DNA of 64,000 bases, from assembly GCA_002633005.1 (NCBI GenBank), contig NMRA01000216.1:278241-342240 (forward strand), read 5' to 3'. How positions within the stretch are numbered: the stretch's first letter is position 1; every line of letters begins with the position of its first letter. This document shows, piece by piece, positions 26,042-37,001 of the stretch. A model generated the notes under the pieces. The model saw only the letters and a list, made by a program, of their open reading frames with translations, was not told where the DNA came from and searched no databases. The position numbers were made by a program, and so were the translations under genes. The DNA is from Phoronis australis (Eukaryota > Animalia > Phoronida).

Positions 26042-29000
26042 ATGGATCACTGGTTGACAAGAGAACTTGAACTGAACCAAAGACACGAAACAATGTACGT
26101 GTGAGATTGGTTTCTGAACGGATATTTATAAATCAAGGCATGGATTTACATCTTTGTCTTTGTTGACCATCCATCTGATGAACAACTGAACTGGAATTTT
26201 GAATCCTGAGCAGAGAGCTTTTAGCCTTACGCCCTAGTGACTGAGGCGTCCCCAGCTTCTGATCGTCCTCAATACACTACATATAATACTATTATATGTA
26301 GTGTATTGGGGACGATCAGAAGCTGAGGACGCATGTGGTGAGAAAGAGGGAAGGGGTACTCTTTCAGGCTTTAGTAAATGGGTTAAAAATTCCAAGAATT
26401 GTGGCCTTTTAGTGCAGCCTTGTACTAGGGACTTCCAGGCATGAAAAAGTTACCCTTAAGATAATTTTTGTAGGCCTTGTAGGGTCTTCAGTTCCAATTT
26501 AGCAACACCCCGATTACTCCTTCATTACGGCGTTTTTCCGTTGCTCCCAACTTGTTGGATTCTATAGCCCAACAACAAGTTGGGAAGATCACTCCTGTAG
26601 CCAATATCTTGCATGACTGAGGCTCCATATTCTGGAGTTTATGGTTGGAGGTTCCCCCGCTACTTTGTTCAATAATTGCTCTAATCTCCGATCATATCGT
26701 ATCTCAGTAGCCTGCTGTGCTGCTAAAAATGAAACTTAAGATATTACATATTTGAACACTTTTTGAATCACCGAAATCGCCCAACTACAACAGAAGTTAA
26801 GACAATCCATTCTTGCCATGTTTCAGTAACCCTTTGAAGCCTGGCCGGGAGATAATTGGCCTGCTTAATGTCATATGGCACAAAAGACTGTGCTGGCCGT
26901 GTTGTAACTGGTTACTAATAGTAAACCCAACCCTTCCAGTGAGATTCCTGTTAGATTCTCACTAAATCACCCATGTCATTGGGAATTGAACAGCTGGTGT
27001 GGTGAAAAAGAAAATAGTGAGAAAATGTTATGTAACAGTGAGAATCCAGTGAGAATTTTGGTCTTAAGAAAATTCTGAGTGTCCCAGTGAGAATTTTGGT
27101 GTCTGGGAAAATTCTGAGTGAGAATCCAGGGAAAATTTCAGACTTAGAAAATGTCTGAGTGAGAATTGAGTGAGAATTTGCATGACAGCGTTTTCCCGTT
27201 CAGTGACTTTACAAGACGTAGGGGGTGCTGAGCATGTGATAACATCTAGGTTCTTTGTTAACTGCCAAGCACTCTTTTTGTCTGTTACGACAACAAGCAG
27301 GCCAATTTTCTACCAGGCTGTTTACAGACCATGAGTGAACACAGTCAAACTCGGAGGGAATTGGTGTATTTGGAAAGAATAGATTGTCGTAACTTTGGTT
27401 GTAGTCAGTGGGCGATTTTGGCGATTCAAAAACTAAACATGATCACGATTTGACGAAGATTTCAGAAATGCTATTGGTTTATGTTCAAATATGTTAGAAC
27501 TTAACTTTTATTTTTGACAGCACAACCCAGTCAGGGTAGATACGATCTTATTGCAGATTAGAGCAATTATCGAGCAAAAGAAAGCTGGCCTTCCAACCAC
27601 AAATGCCCGAATGGAGCTAATCAGTTGTGTAAGATATTGGCTACAGGGGTAAACTTCCCAACTTGTTGTTGGGCTATAGAATCGAACAAGTTGGGAGCAA
27701 TGGGAAAACGCCATAATGGGACTTGCAAAAGTTGGAGGGAGTGAGAATTCAGTGAGAATTTAAGATAAACAAACACACTCATTGACTGTTTCTTTGGAAA
27801 TTTCAGTTGAACCAGATTTCTGAATTCAAACTAAAATGGCACCAGGTATGAACAGTTGATATGAAGTAGAGAAATAGCTTGAATGTTGTTGACGTTTTTC
27901 TCACAAATATTGTGAAATTACTGAACACTTTGTCTACAAGTCATCCTGGACACTTTTGCACATGATTAAATGGGGAAAAGCACACTTTTGTACGTAATTC
28001 TTCGGAAAAGGCAAACTTTCATCTGGTCTTGAAACAGCCACAATCTGTCCCTTGTACATCTTCTGTAGGAGTAATCTCCGTGCGAGTGATATACAACTAA
28101 ATAAAATCTTTTGTTTGCAGACTTGCAAAGCGAGAAGCATTTCTGAGAGGAACAGAAGCTTATTATGACAAAAAGGAAGAAAGGTCTATGTTGTTCCTAA
28201 CTGACTACAAGCTGGCCAAGCAGAGGAATGAACAGATGTTGAAAGTACGGGTGAATTTTTATTCATTTGCAAAAATTCTCCAATCATTTTGCACACATCT
28301 CTGTAGTATCTCTTACTGGTTCCTAGCTTGTGCATATGAACCCTAAAGCTTCAGAAAAGCAATATATGCTGCATTATCAAAAGCTTTCGGACTTCACTCC
28401 TTCATGTGATCAGGGCTTATCTTATGTAGAGTTGCTGAGCCTTGATTAAGCATGGTCTTATCTTACCTTGACCAGTTGTTTCAACAACGCAGGCTTACTT
28501 TATAAAAGCTTTGAATCTAAAATTTGGAGAAAATACCGGTGTACTATCTCTAAAAAGTACTACAGTAGTAAATCTGTGAACTGTTAACTGAAATCACAAC
28601 AACTTCAAATGGCGTCGGAATGACCTCAACCTGCTGTGTTTCACTTGATCATAGGGATAGATAGGTTCAATAAGCTGTGCAAACATGTCTGGATATTCAG
28701 AAAGGTTTGTGGATGACGGACTGTTGCTGTAGAAAATACCATCACGCCATGCAGCATTTTAGTATGATTAGGATTATGATTAGGATTACAAAGGGGCGGC
28801 AGACTGTATCAAATAGAGTGCTGATTCAAATAGTGGTGGGAACCAGACAGATTTTCATGGAGATCGAACGATGTGGAACAAGCAATCATCAATTATAATC
28901 AATAATCGAATTTTAAGGTAACTGCCTATTTTGTAACCAAGGCACAAAAATTGTGCTTGCGCATCTTATTTAAATACAAAGTAACATGCAGGAAATTCTG

Positions 29001-30390
29001 TTTCTTCGTCGTGTAAGCTGGAAAACCTTCTATAGAATCTCCTATCAAGAAATCTAAGCCTCAGACTCAACTGTAAAAACTAAAGACTTCTTCACATTTC
29101 ACAAAATGCTGAAATCTTCAATTCTTGACAGATAACAGACCTTTGACAGGACATCCCAGATACATTTATATGTAACTAACAAAATAAAGTACAAGACTCA
29201 GCATTCATCTTCCCTCAAAAAGTTTCACGTCTTAAAATTGTCATAATCTCTGTAAAGATAACAGTTTTTTAGAAAATATGCCCACGTGTCTACAGACCAC
29301 AGCATTCTTGTGCACGCGTTCTGTATGGTTTTTTGTACTCTTCTTTCATGTTTATATCACAAGCAGCAGCTTTTTTGCTGTGCACTCAGACTATAACATA
29401 CGAGCCCTTGTCTCATGTTTGTATCATAAGCAGCACCTTTTTCGCTGTTCACTCAGACTCTCAGACGAGCATAATACCGAGTTCTTTGCTTATTTCAGGA
29501 TTTTGAAGCATTTCAGCTGATGTACAAACAGAAATACAACCCTGAGCCTGATCAAAAATTGTTGACACTCCGAGTAAGTATAGAAAAGTTGATCATTAAC
29601 TCATTCTGGTAATTGTTGGCTTTTCAAATATTTAACTTGAATTTATGAATCTAAGAGTATCAAGACATTGTCTTCGCTGTCCACAATGCAAAAGTTCCTC
29701 TGAAGAAATTTCAGAGTTAATACCTTGATGTATGGATTTTTCTTCTTTAATAGTGTGTGAGGTAAAAAGACAGAAACATGACATGTGAATTGCTTGACCG
29801 TTTACTCCCCACTCACCCCCGGTCACAGACAATGCATCACCATACTCTTTGTGTAAATAAACCTAATCTAGTGTAAACAATTACAAACACAGTATTTTCT
29901 AACAAAGATTTACTCGCTCAATTAATTCGAGCATGCCTTTATGAATGAGCTTGACTTGTTACTTGGTTTGGGTAAAGCACCTAGCCTAGACTATTCTTGC
30001 TGTAGCAAAGTCTGTAGACGCTATTCTCATGGCAAGTCATTAAGCTTATCCTCAAAAAAACAAAAACAGTTTTTATCAAGTGGTGTTTACATACATTTTA
30101 GAAATCATACTGATTAATGTAGAAATTTTAATTTGTTTTTTCATATGCAAAACGACTGAAAATTATTGAACAGGAAATGAGGAATTAACGTGTACTATAC
30201 ATTTAATTTATTTTAGTTCTCTTACATCAGTTTTTGGCCATGGTAATACTAAAAAACATTTTTTTAGTTCTCTTTAATCTGATTTCAGACAAACTACTGG
30301 TCCATGGTTAAAGGCGTACTACCTGTGTGGCAAGAAGAGTTGAAGGACTACAAGAACAGACACAAGTCTCCACGTGCACACTTTAGTTGA
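26042..30390 (+). CDS. CEP15: CEP15/C3orf14-like small coiled-coil protein, 117 aa, 4 exons
   Basis: Exons 26042-26094 (MDHWLTRELELNQRHET), 28121-28244 (LAKREAFLRG...KQRNEQMLK), 29499-29573 (DFEAFQ...PEPDQKLLTLR), 30289-30390 (TNYWSMVKGVLPVWQEEL...*). All GT-AG and in phase. Aligns with recalled human C3orf14 motifs (LSKRHEEI, KRNLSLLKD, TRYWASVEEYIPKWEQ). Confidence 0.85.
26246..26332. repeat. Near-perfect palindrome (43-bp arms) in CEP15 intron 1
   Basis: gcgtccccagcttctgatcgtcctcaatacactacatataata-c-tattatatgtagtgtattggggacgatcagaagctgaggacgc; two non-Watson-Crick positions. Confidence 0.92.
26523..27719. mobile_element. Foldback-like element: ~400-bp diverged inverted arms around a core of gtgagaat repeats
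   Basis: The left arm (cattacggcgtttttccgttgctcccaacttgttggattctatagcccaacaacaagttgggaag..., 26523-~26910) is the reverse complement of the right arm (~27260-27719, ...cttcccaacttgttgttgggctatagaatcgaacaagttgggagcaatgggaaaacgccataatg). The core at 26939-27180 has repeated (a)gtgagaat and aaaattctgagtg units. Confidence 0.8.
29345..29472. repeat. Diverged tandem duplication (~67 bp x2)
   Basis: tcatgtttRtatcaYaagcagcaScttttt..gctgtKcactcagact occurs twice, just upstream of CEP15 exon 3. Confidence 0.7.
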
Positions 30391-31324
30391 AAGGTTGAGG
30401 AGGTTAGGTTGGTGGGTGCTTCACTTCTTGAACTGGGAAGGAGTCCTGTGCTGCCTGTGAGGCGACTACAAGGATAGGCATTTGTGTTCTCCATGTGCAC
30501 TGTGCTATAGTGATTCTTAGTGATGATGGAGTCAAGTTGATATGAGGGATGTTGTACAGGACTGTTTATCCATCTATGAAAGAGGTTGTGTTCACAGCAC
30601 TGAAAGGCTGCAAACTGGTTGGCTGGATTTCCACCAGTGATCTAGAATGTAGTATGTTCCAAAAATGTTAACGAAAATGCTTGGAGATTTGCTGTATACT
30701 CAACTATAGCAAGTCTGTCGCTAGTGGGGACTATATGCACTCTTGAAATTCACATCTGATATGGAAATATTGAAAAAGGACATGAGTTTATTCAACGAAC
30801 AGCAAAATACGGTTTGTAGGAGAGATTTGAGAAAACTCAATGCGTGGTTGTAGTGTTCATCCGTGGTTGAATGCTTGCATGATCATATGAGACCAAAATT
30901 CAAGTTTAGCTCATGTATTCAGACTATTTGTTTCTCGTACTTGATGAACTATCAAAAACATACATGTTCATGTAAAGTCAAAGGGAAATTGTGTTCCATT
31001 TGTTGCAAACAGTCTCATTTGAGAAGGCAAGAGTGACATTATGTTAGCCTTCTAGGCCCGAAAAAGAAATTGGAGCCATTTTTAGGGTAAGTGATCCAAT
31101 TAAAAGATTGGTGTTTGACTTTTAAAATTACAAAATAAACACGTTTTTCTGGCAACAAGTTCAATAAATGAATAAATAAAATCCATGTCACTTTTTCCAT
31201 TTTATTCATCTTAATGCAAAATACCCTGTTATACCGAAGAAACTCTCGACCTTCCTTCTTAAAACTCTCTAAAGAGGGCGCTTGAATAAGCTTGCTATTT
31301 TCGTGCCACACCAAATTAACCAAG

Positions 31325-32410
31325 ATGTGGAAAGTGTTCGGGTTTGGGCGAGGCGTTTGTCTCTCAAACTTATTGAATATCGAGCGTCACTCATGTTTGT
31401 CTACTAAAGCAATAGCAGCCGTGTATACACAATATGGGAATCCAACTAATGTACTGGAATTGTACGAGAAAGACCTTGAAAAGGTTGGTCATAGAGACGT
31501 GGTTGTGAAGATGTTGGCGAGTCCAATCAACCCAGCAGACATAAACATGATTCAAGGCGTCTACCCAATAAAACCAAAATTACCGGCTGTTGGTGGCAAC
31601 GAGGGTGTTGGTGAAGTTATTGAAACTGGTTCAGAGGTCACGAGTCTGAAAGCTGGTGACTGGGTCATTCCTTCTGATTCTGGTTGGGGCACTTGGAAGA
31701 CGTCGGCTGTTGCTGACGAAAGAGAGCTTATAAAACTCCCCAACAACATACCCCTGCTAAGTGCTGCTACACTGGCAGTGAACCCATGTACATCATACAG
31801 AATGATTAAAGATTTCGTGGAACTAAATCCTGGTGATGCTATAATTCAAAATGGTGCCAACAGTGGGGTTGGTCAAGCAGTTGTACAGATTGCGTCAGCT
31901 CTTGGTTTGCAGACAATAAATGTGGTAAGAGATCGACCCAACCTCAAGTCTCTTGAAGACCACCTTACTTCTCTTGGTGCAGATTGTGTTGTTACAGAGG
32001 AGCAGCTTAGAAAACCAGAAGCAAAGGAAATCTTAAAGTCCTTTTCCAAACCAAAACTGGCATTTAATTGTGTAGGAGGGAAAAATTCTACTGAGCTGTT
32101 GCGTCACATTGCAAATAATGGTGTGATGGTGACTTATGGTGGAATGTCAAAACAGCCAGTCATTATTCCAACTGGCTCATTGATTTTTAAGAACATTTCC
32201 ATTGTTGGCTTTTGGATGACTCAATGGAATAAAGATAACGCAGATGGACTTGCAAGAACAGAAATGCTGCAAGAACTTGCAGACATGATTCGACAGAATA
32301 AGTTAAAACCACCTTCTTCATCCACTGTTGCTTTTAAGGACGTCCATTCTGCTGTATCCAGGTCTATGGAAAACTTCACAGACAAACAGATACTTGTAAT
32401 GGATGAGTGA
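31325..32410 (+). CDS. MECR: Mitochondrial trans-2-enoyl-CoA/ACP reductase (MDR superfamily), single-exon CDS, 361 aa from the first ATG
   Basis: Uninterrupted ORF; the track's start at 31292 is TTG and the first ATG is at 31325. Motifs PINPADINMIQGVY, GGNEGVGEV, TLAVNPCTSYRM, QNGANSGVGQAVVQI and VTYGGMS, plus an N-terminus resembling a mitochondrial presequence. Confidence 0.96.
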   Translation: MWKVFGFGRGVCLSNLLNIERHSCLSTKAIAAVYTQYGNPTNVLELYEKDLEKVGHRDVVVKMLASPINPADINMIQGVYPIKPKLPAVGGNEGVGEVIETGSEVTSLKAGDWVIPSDSGWGTWKTSAVADERELIKLPNNIPLLSAATLAVNPCTSYRMIKDFVELNPGDAIIQNGANSGVGQAVVQIASALGLQTINVVRDRPNLKSLEDHLTSLGADCVVTEEQLRKPEAKEILKSFSKPKLAFNCVGGKNSTELLRHIANNGVMVTYGGMSKQPVIIPTGSLIFKNISIVGFWMTQWNKDNADGLARTEMLQELADMIRQNKLKPPSSSTVAFKDVHSAVSRSMENFTDKQILVMDE

Positions 32411-32550
32411 TTTGGTGGATTCAAAAAGGCACTTAATTCAGTTCTTTCCCACTAATAGCTTAGTAATTGTGATCTTCATCCCTGACTGAAACAAATTATT
32501 TTATTTCTGATTTAGAGCTACATGAGTCAGTTTTGTAGTAGCAATCTTAA

Positions 32551-33345
32551 GTATTTATTTGTTTATTTATTTAAACTTCTTTAAAAGACTGGGTGACCAC
32601 TTCAGTGGGCCCAGTTGGAAATAATTACATGAAGTAAAATAGACAGCTATGTACAATTAGATTGAAAAGATAATAAATAAAATAAATTGGCATAAAATTA
32701 ATTAATATGTACAATTTGATGAATAAATAACATAAAATAGAGTAAAATAGTGATTAGCTGAAGCCTACAGTAACAAACCACGCACAAAGTCCCAGTACTT
32801 CTGTTTAAAGACGTGGACATTGGGCGCGTTAGCACCGGCAATCCCCAGCCCATTGTAAGCGACAGCACCTCTGTAGGCAAAAGTTCTTTTGCCACAGTTG
32901 TTTCTAGGTTCAATTGGTACCAGGCAGCTAAAAACACTCGCTCTAGTATTGTAATTGGGAGAATCTCTGACTGCCATGAATTTAGTAGTAAGGTAATTAG
33001 GTGTGAGGCTATGTGTGGCTTTGTATACCATAAAGTTTAAATGAAAGGCACGCCTGCTAACCAGGCTGCACCAACCAAGTTTATCTAGGAGTTTGGAAAT
33101 AGGAAAGTCATTATAAAGGCCACTATAGTTGGGTATCGGCCTCCCAGCCTTGTTTTTTAATTTTTGAAGTCTATCCTGAAGATATGATGCACAATTACCC
33201 CACACAACATCACAGTAATTAAAGTGTGGTACAATTAGACTCCTGTACAGAGTCCGAAGAGTAGCCTGATCAACATAACTCCCGACTCTGTACAAAAGCC
33301 CGATCCGCTGAGAAACTTTTTTGCACACATAATCTACATGTTATT
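32551..33345 (-). mobile_element. 5'-truncated non-LTR retrotransposon (CR1/L2/Crack-like) fragment: RT C-terminus, 3' UTR and (AAAT)n tail
   Basis: ORF 32765-33328 (-) reads KKVSQRIGLLYR...LYRSLIVPHFNYCDVVWGNC...LQKLKNKAGR...LGW...GKRTFAYRG, typical of the post-RT region of LINE ORF2. The (ttta)n-like run at 32551-32572 is its 3' tail. Confidence 0.88.
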
Positions 33346-35599
33346 CCCCTCCTTTGATATTAACTATAGAGAATCTTCTCAATAATTTTGCTAATTCATT
33401 GGCCAAGGTTTTGTCTTCTACTCGGCCTTAAGTGTTGCGCAAACTGTGTTTACCGACTATAAATATGTAATGTTACTTAATTTGCTGATTTTTGTGTGTG
33501 CCAATGAACTCCATGTGTAATAAGTTGTCACTTTGGTAATGTGGAGTTAGTCCTTTCGGAAAAAGTTTAGTATTGTGTTAAATGACGTTAATGTAAGTTT
33601 CCTTCTCAGGTTAACATGGGTAGGATCCAACCGCACACACAGCAACTGTCTTCAAATATTCTGTGTAACTAACAGAAACTTTGATAACAAGTGACTCAAC
33701 AAACAAAAGAACATTCCAGTATTTTTGCATCCGAATAGATTGAGAACCTCGAGCACTTCATCAGCATGCCTTGGTGGGATAGCGGTCCCACATGGTTACA
33801 TGAAGACAGGCATCTCAACACTTGTATTTATTTCACTAGAACCATCCAGTGAACTCTACACTAGCGCATGCTATTTTACTGATATCTGGTCAGTTACCTA
33901 CACATGTTTAATATACCAAACCCGGTCATTTTCACTCTAAAAAAGCGCGATATTGTAATATCGGTCAATGTCAAGTGACCAGACCTGCTTTTGATTAACT
34001 GGGCTTCATTTATGCTGCACCCCTTACCTGTAAATTTGTCAATCTTGATTTGTAAGTTCTTTGTTGAATTGTATTTTGTAAGCAAACTCGTGAAATGTTG
34101 TTAATGTTCGCAACGTGTTGTTTGGCAGTTCTTAGTAAGCCTACTTGTGATGGAGCCTGTCTCGCCACCTTGTGACTGGAATTTTGAGTTCCCCCATTTT
34201 AAAACACTGAGAGGCAACTTTCAAGTTCAAAAAGGAATAACCAGCAGCTTTAATTGACTAAATATTTAATATTTTTAAATCATTTCACATTTTCTTGCTT
34301 CCCACACGTAGTTATTGAAGTCAAGGCGAAGTCACAAAATTTAAACGAGAACAAATTAAGTTAGCAGTGAATATTTCTGTTGATGCAATCAATGAACCCA
34401 CGGTATTGTCATTTGTACTTACAAACTCGAACTTGCCATGTTAAAAATCAGAACAAAGGGTTCCACCCAAAAACTAATAGCCAACAGAACAATGGCAATG
34501 CAGGGAGCTAGTTAATAACAAAAACTAATAACTACGAAAAGAAAACTCAATTTATTAATCCATATCTTTTGAACAACAGTTGCCATTATACAACAGAAAC
34601 AAACCAACATCCTCAACATCACATTAAGTATATAACAACGCATGAAATGAATATTACTGTTGGACGGAATGCACCAAAACATACTTTATGTAGGTGTGTT
34701 TGCAGCAAGGAAAACGTAATACAAAAACAATACAAGGGGCGACTAGATATTCGGTAGGAGGCGCTAATTATGAAATGCCCCTCTTTCACATATGAAAAAT
34801 GGAGAGCAAAAAGCATGAATTTCAACAGGTTGTACTAGCACCACCAAATGAATTTCAAGATCTCCAATCGTCTTCAAAGGGATATTCTCGGGGAGAAAAC
34901 TTAATTTTTCGGAAAATAGCATCAGCGCAGAATCAATGGTACTAACTTCACATTAGCAGCCATACACTCTGGCACCGAGCCAAATTCCATGCAATAAGTA
35001 ACGGAGTGTTTGAAGTGCATTTAAATGGTATAAGCTCTGGCCTCGATTTCAACGAATGTCTGGCAGACAACAGCATGATGTGATTTGTAATACAATCACA
35101 AAACGCTGGATTTTGTTGTTTTATGGCTGTGGTTAACTTAAAGCTAATAACTTCAAAAAGTCTATCCCATTCATAAATAATCCCAAAATTGCATTTTGAC
35201 TGCAAAAACATGTCTTTTTAGTTTAAGATTTTCTTCTAGGAAACAATCTGTCTGGTAGAAGAGACCCCACTTAGAGCCAAAAATTAAATTGTTGCTTTTT
35301 GTTTCATCTCCAAAGGAAAGCTTTTTGACAAAGCTGTCTGTAAAGCAATGACCATTGAACACAACGATAATATGTGTATCACATACTTTGCTTTTAAATT
35401 GATGTGCCATTTGAAAAGTAATGACATATTCTTATACCAATTCAAACATCATTTTACTAGTTAGTCAAGAATAGTAGTAGTTCCACACGTCAGTGTTATA
35501 ATCTTGAGTAATACATAACAGAAATTTTTTCCCTATATTTTGGCAGCAAAATGTACCCAGCATTTAAACTACATTCTAGTTTTTCGAAAACTCTACATG

Positions 35600-35771
35600 C
35601 AGTAAAACTCGCATATGTAGGATCCAACCAGACCCTGAAATTTCATCAAAATAAGGCAAAATCAAGCTTATCCGAAGGATCAAGTGCACGAACCAGAACA
35701 GTCATACTGTTGAATTTTGTCAGAGTATAGCGAAATTCTGAATTGTGCACATTCGACTCGCGAATTTACTG
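35600..35771. mobile_element. MITE of the same family as 4533-4708
   Basis: Termini cagtaaaactcgc...cgcgaatttactg followed by ta; similar length (~172 bp). Confidence 0.7.
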
Positions 35772-37001
35772 TAGGTTGATTCTGCTGTGCCAATGTGCAT
35801 TCCATATACAAGTGCAGACAAGCTAACGACATTAACGACCACCATAGTCAAAACCACAGATATTCTCCAATTGCACAGCAAAATCACACTGAGAACATGG
35901 GCTGCAGTGTACAGTATTGCAAGACATCCTCCACCATTAACAGCTGCTGTAAAGCTCTCTTCCACAAAATAATCCCTCAAGATTTCATCCATCTACCACT
36001 TTAAAACTAATTTCTGCCTCTACCTTACTTGGAGATTGATTTATGGACTAGGAAAGAAATGACACTTTGTTATAGCCTGTCATCTTGTATGCATAAAATG
36101 ACCCACCATGACGAGCCTACTTGTCGATCTTCGTCTTCAATATGTCTCAATCCTTCCAAAGCCCAGCAATCATCTTTAATCCGAGTATGAAAAAAGTCCA
36201 GACCAGTTTTAAATCATTGACAAGTGGTCTAAAACGAGAGTTATTTTTTTCAGAAGGCGCCTTTATCACAGCCTTAACAAGACAGACAAATTTGTGTTGA
36301 AATATATTGTACAAAGGAATTTTGAAAACCGTACCGTACGTCTCTGATCAATCAAAGCCAAGCTTATGGGGAACAGCATGTACAGTACCAGCTCAAAGGT
36401 GAAGTATGGTTAATAGTCGGATATAACATGCCCGCATTTTGGAAACCAGTTTTCTCCACTGAATAACGGGCATCAACTGATTCTCAAATTGTGGGCACGC
36501 TGTATCCCACATTTCCGAAGTATTTGTATAAACGAGCTGTCACCATTATAAATACGATGACCTCAGAAACTGCATCATTTTCACCACTGCAAGAACAGTA
36601 CATGCCAAAAAATGGATTAAGCTTTGCCTTCCCTTTATGACGGATAATGATAACATATTCCAACTTGCTCAGTGGAGGATTTCGCTGGGACTCCACCGCC
36701 TTGACGGGGAATTCCACATGTACTCTGTTGTCACAATCAAGAATTACGTGTCATTTTGTGCGATTTTTTCATGAAAAGCATAAAATGACCACACACCACT
36801 AACAATAAAGTACAAAAACAAATCCAACATAGAATACCGGATCCATTTTTAAAATGCCTTTGCACATGTACTAAATTCCACAGGTTTTATACTCGGCATA
36901 GTAGGAAAGACAGAAAAACAGGACAATCGCTTGGTGTGGGAATGGAGCACTTTTAGGCCCATTACATTATTCAAAATGTTTATGCATGCAGTGGTTCCTC
37001 A

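Noticed and set aside
31292-31324. N-terminal extension of MECR in the ORF track
   Set aside because: Begins at TTG; the first ATG, in good context (aagATG), is at 31325.
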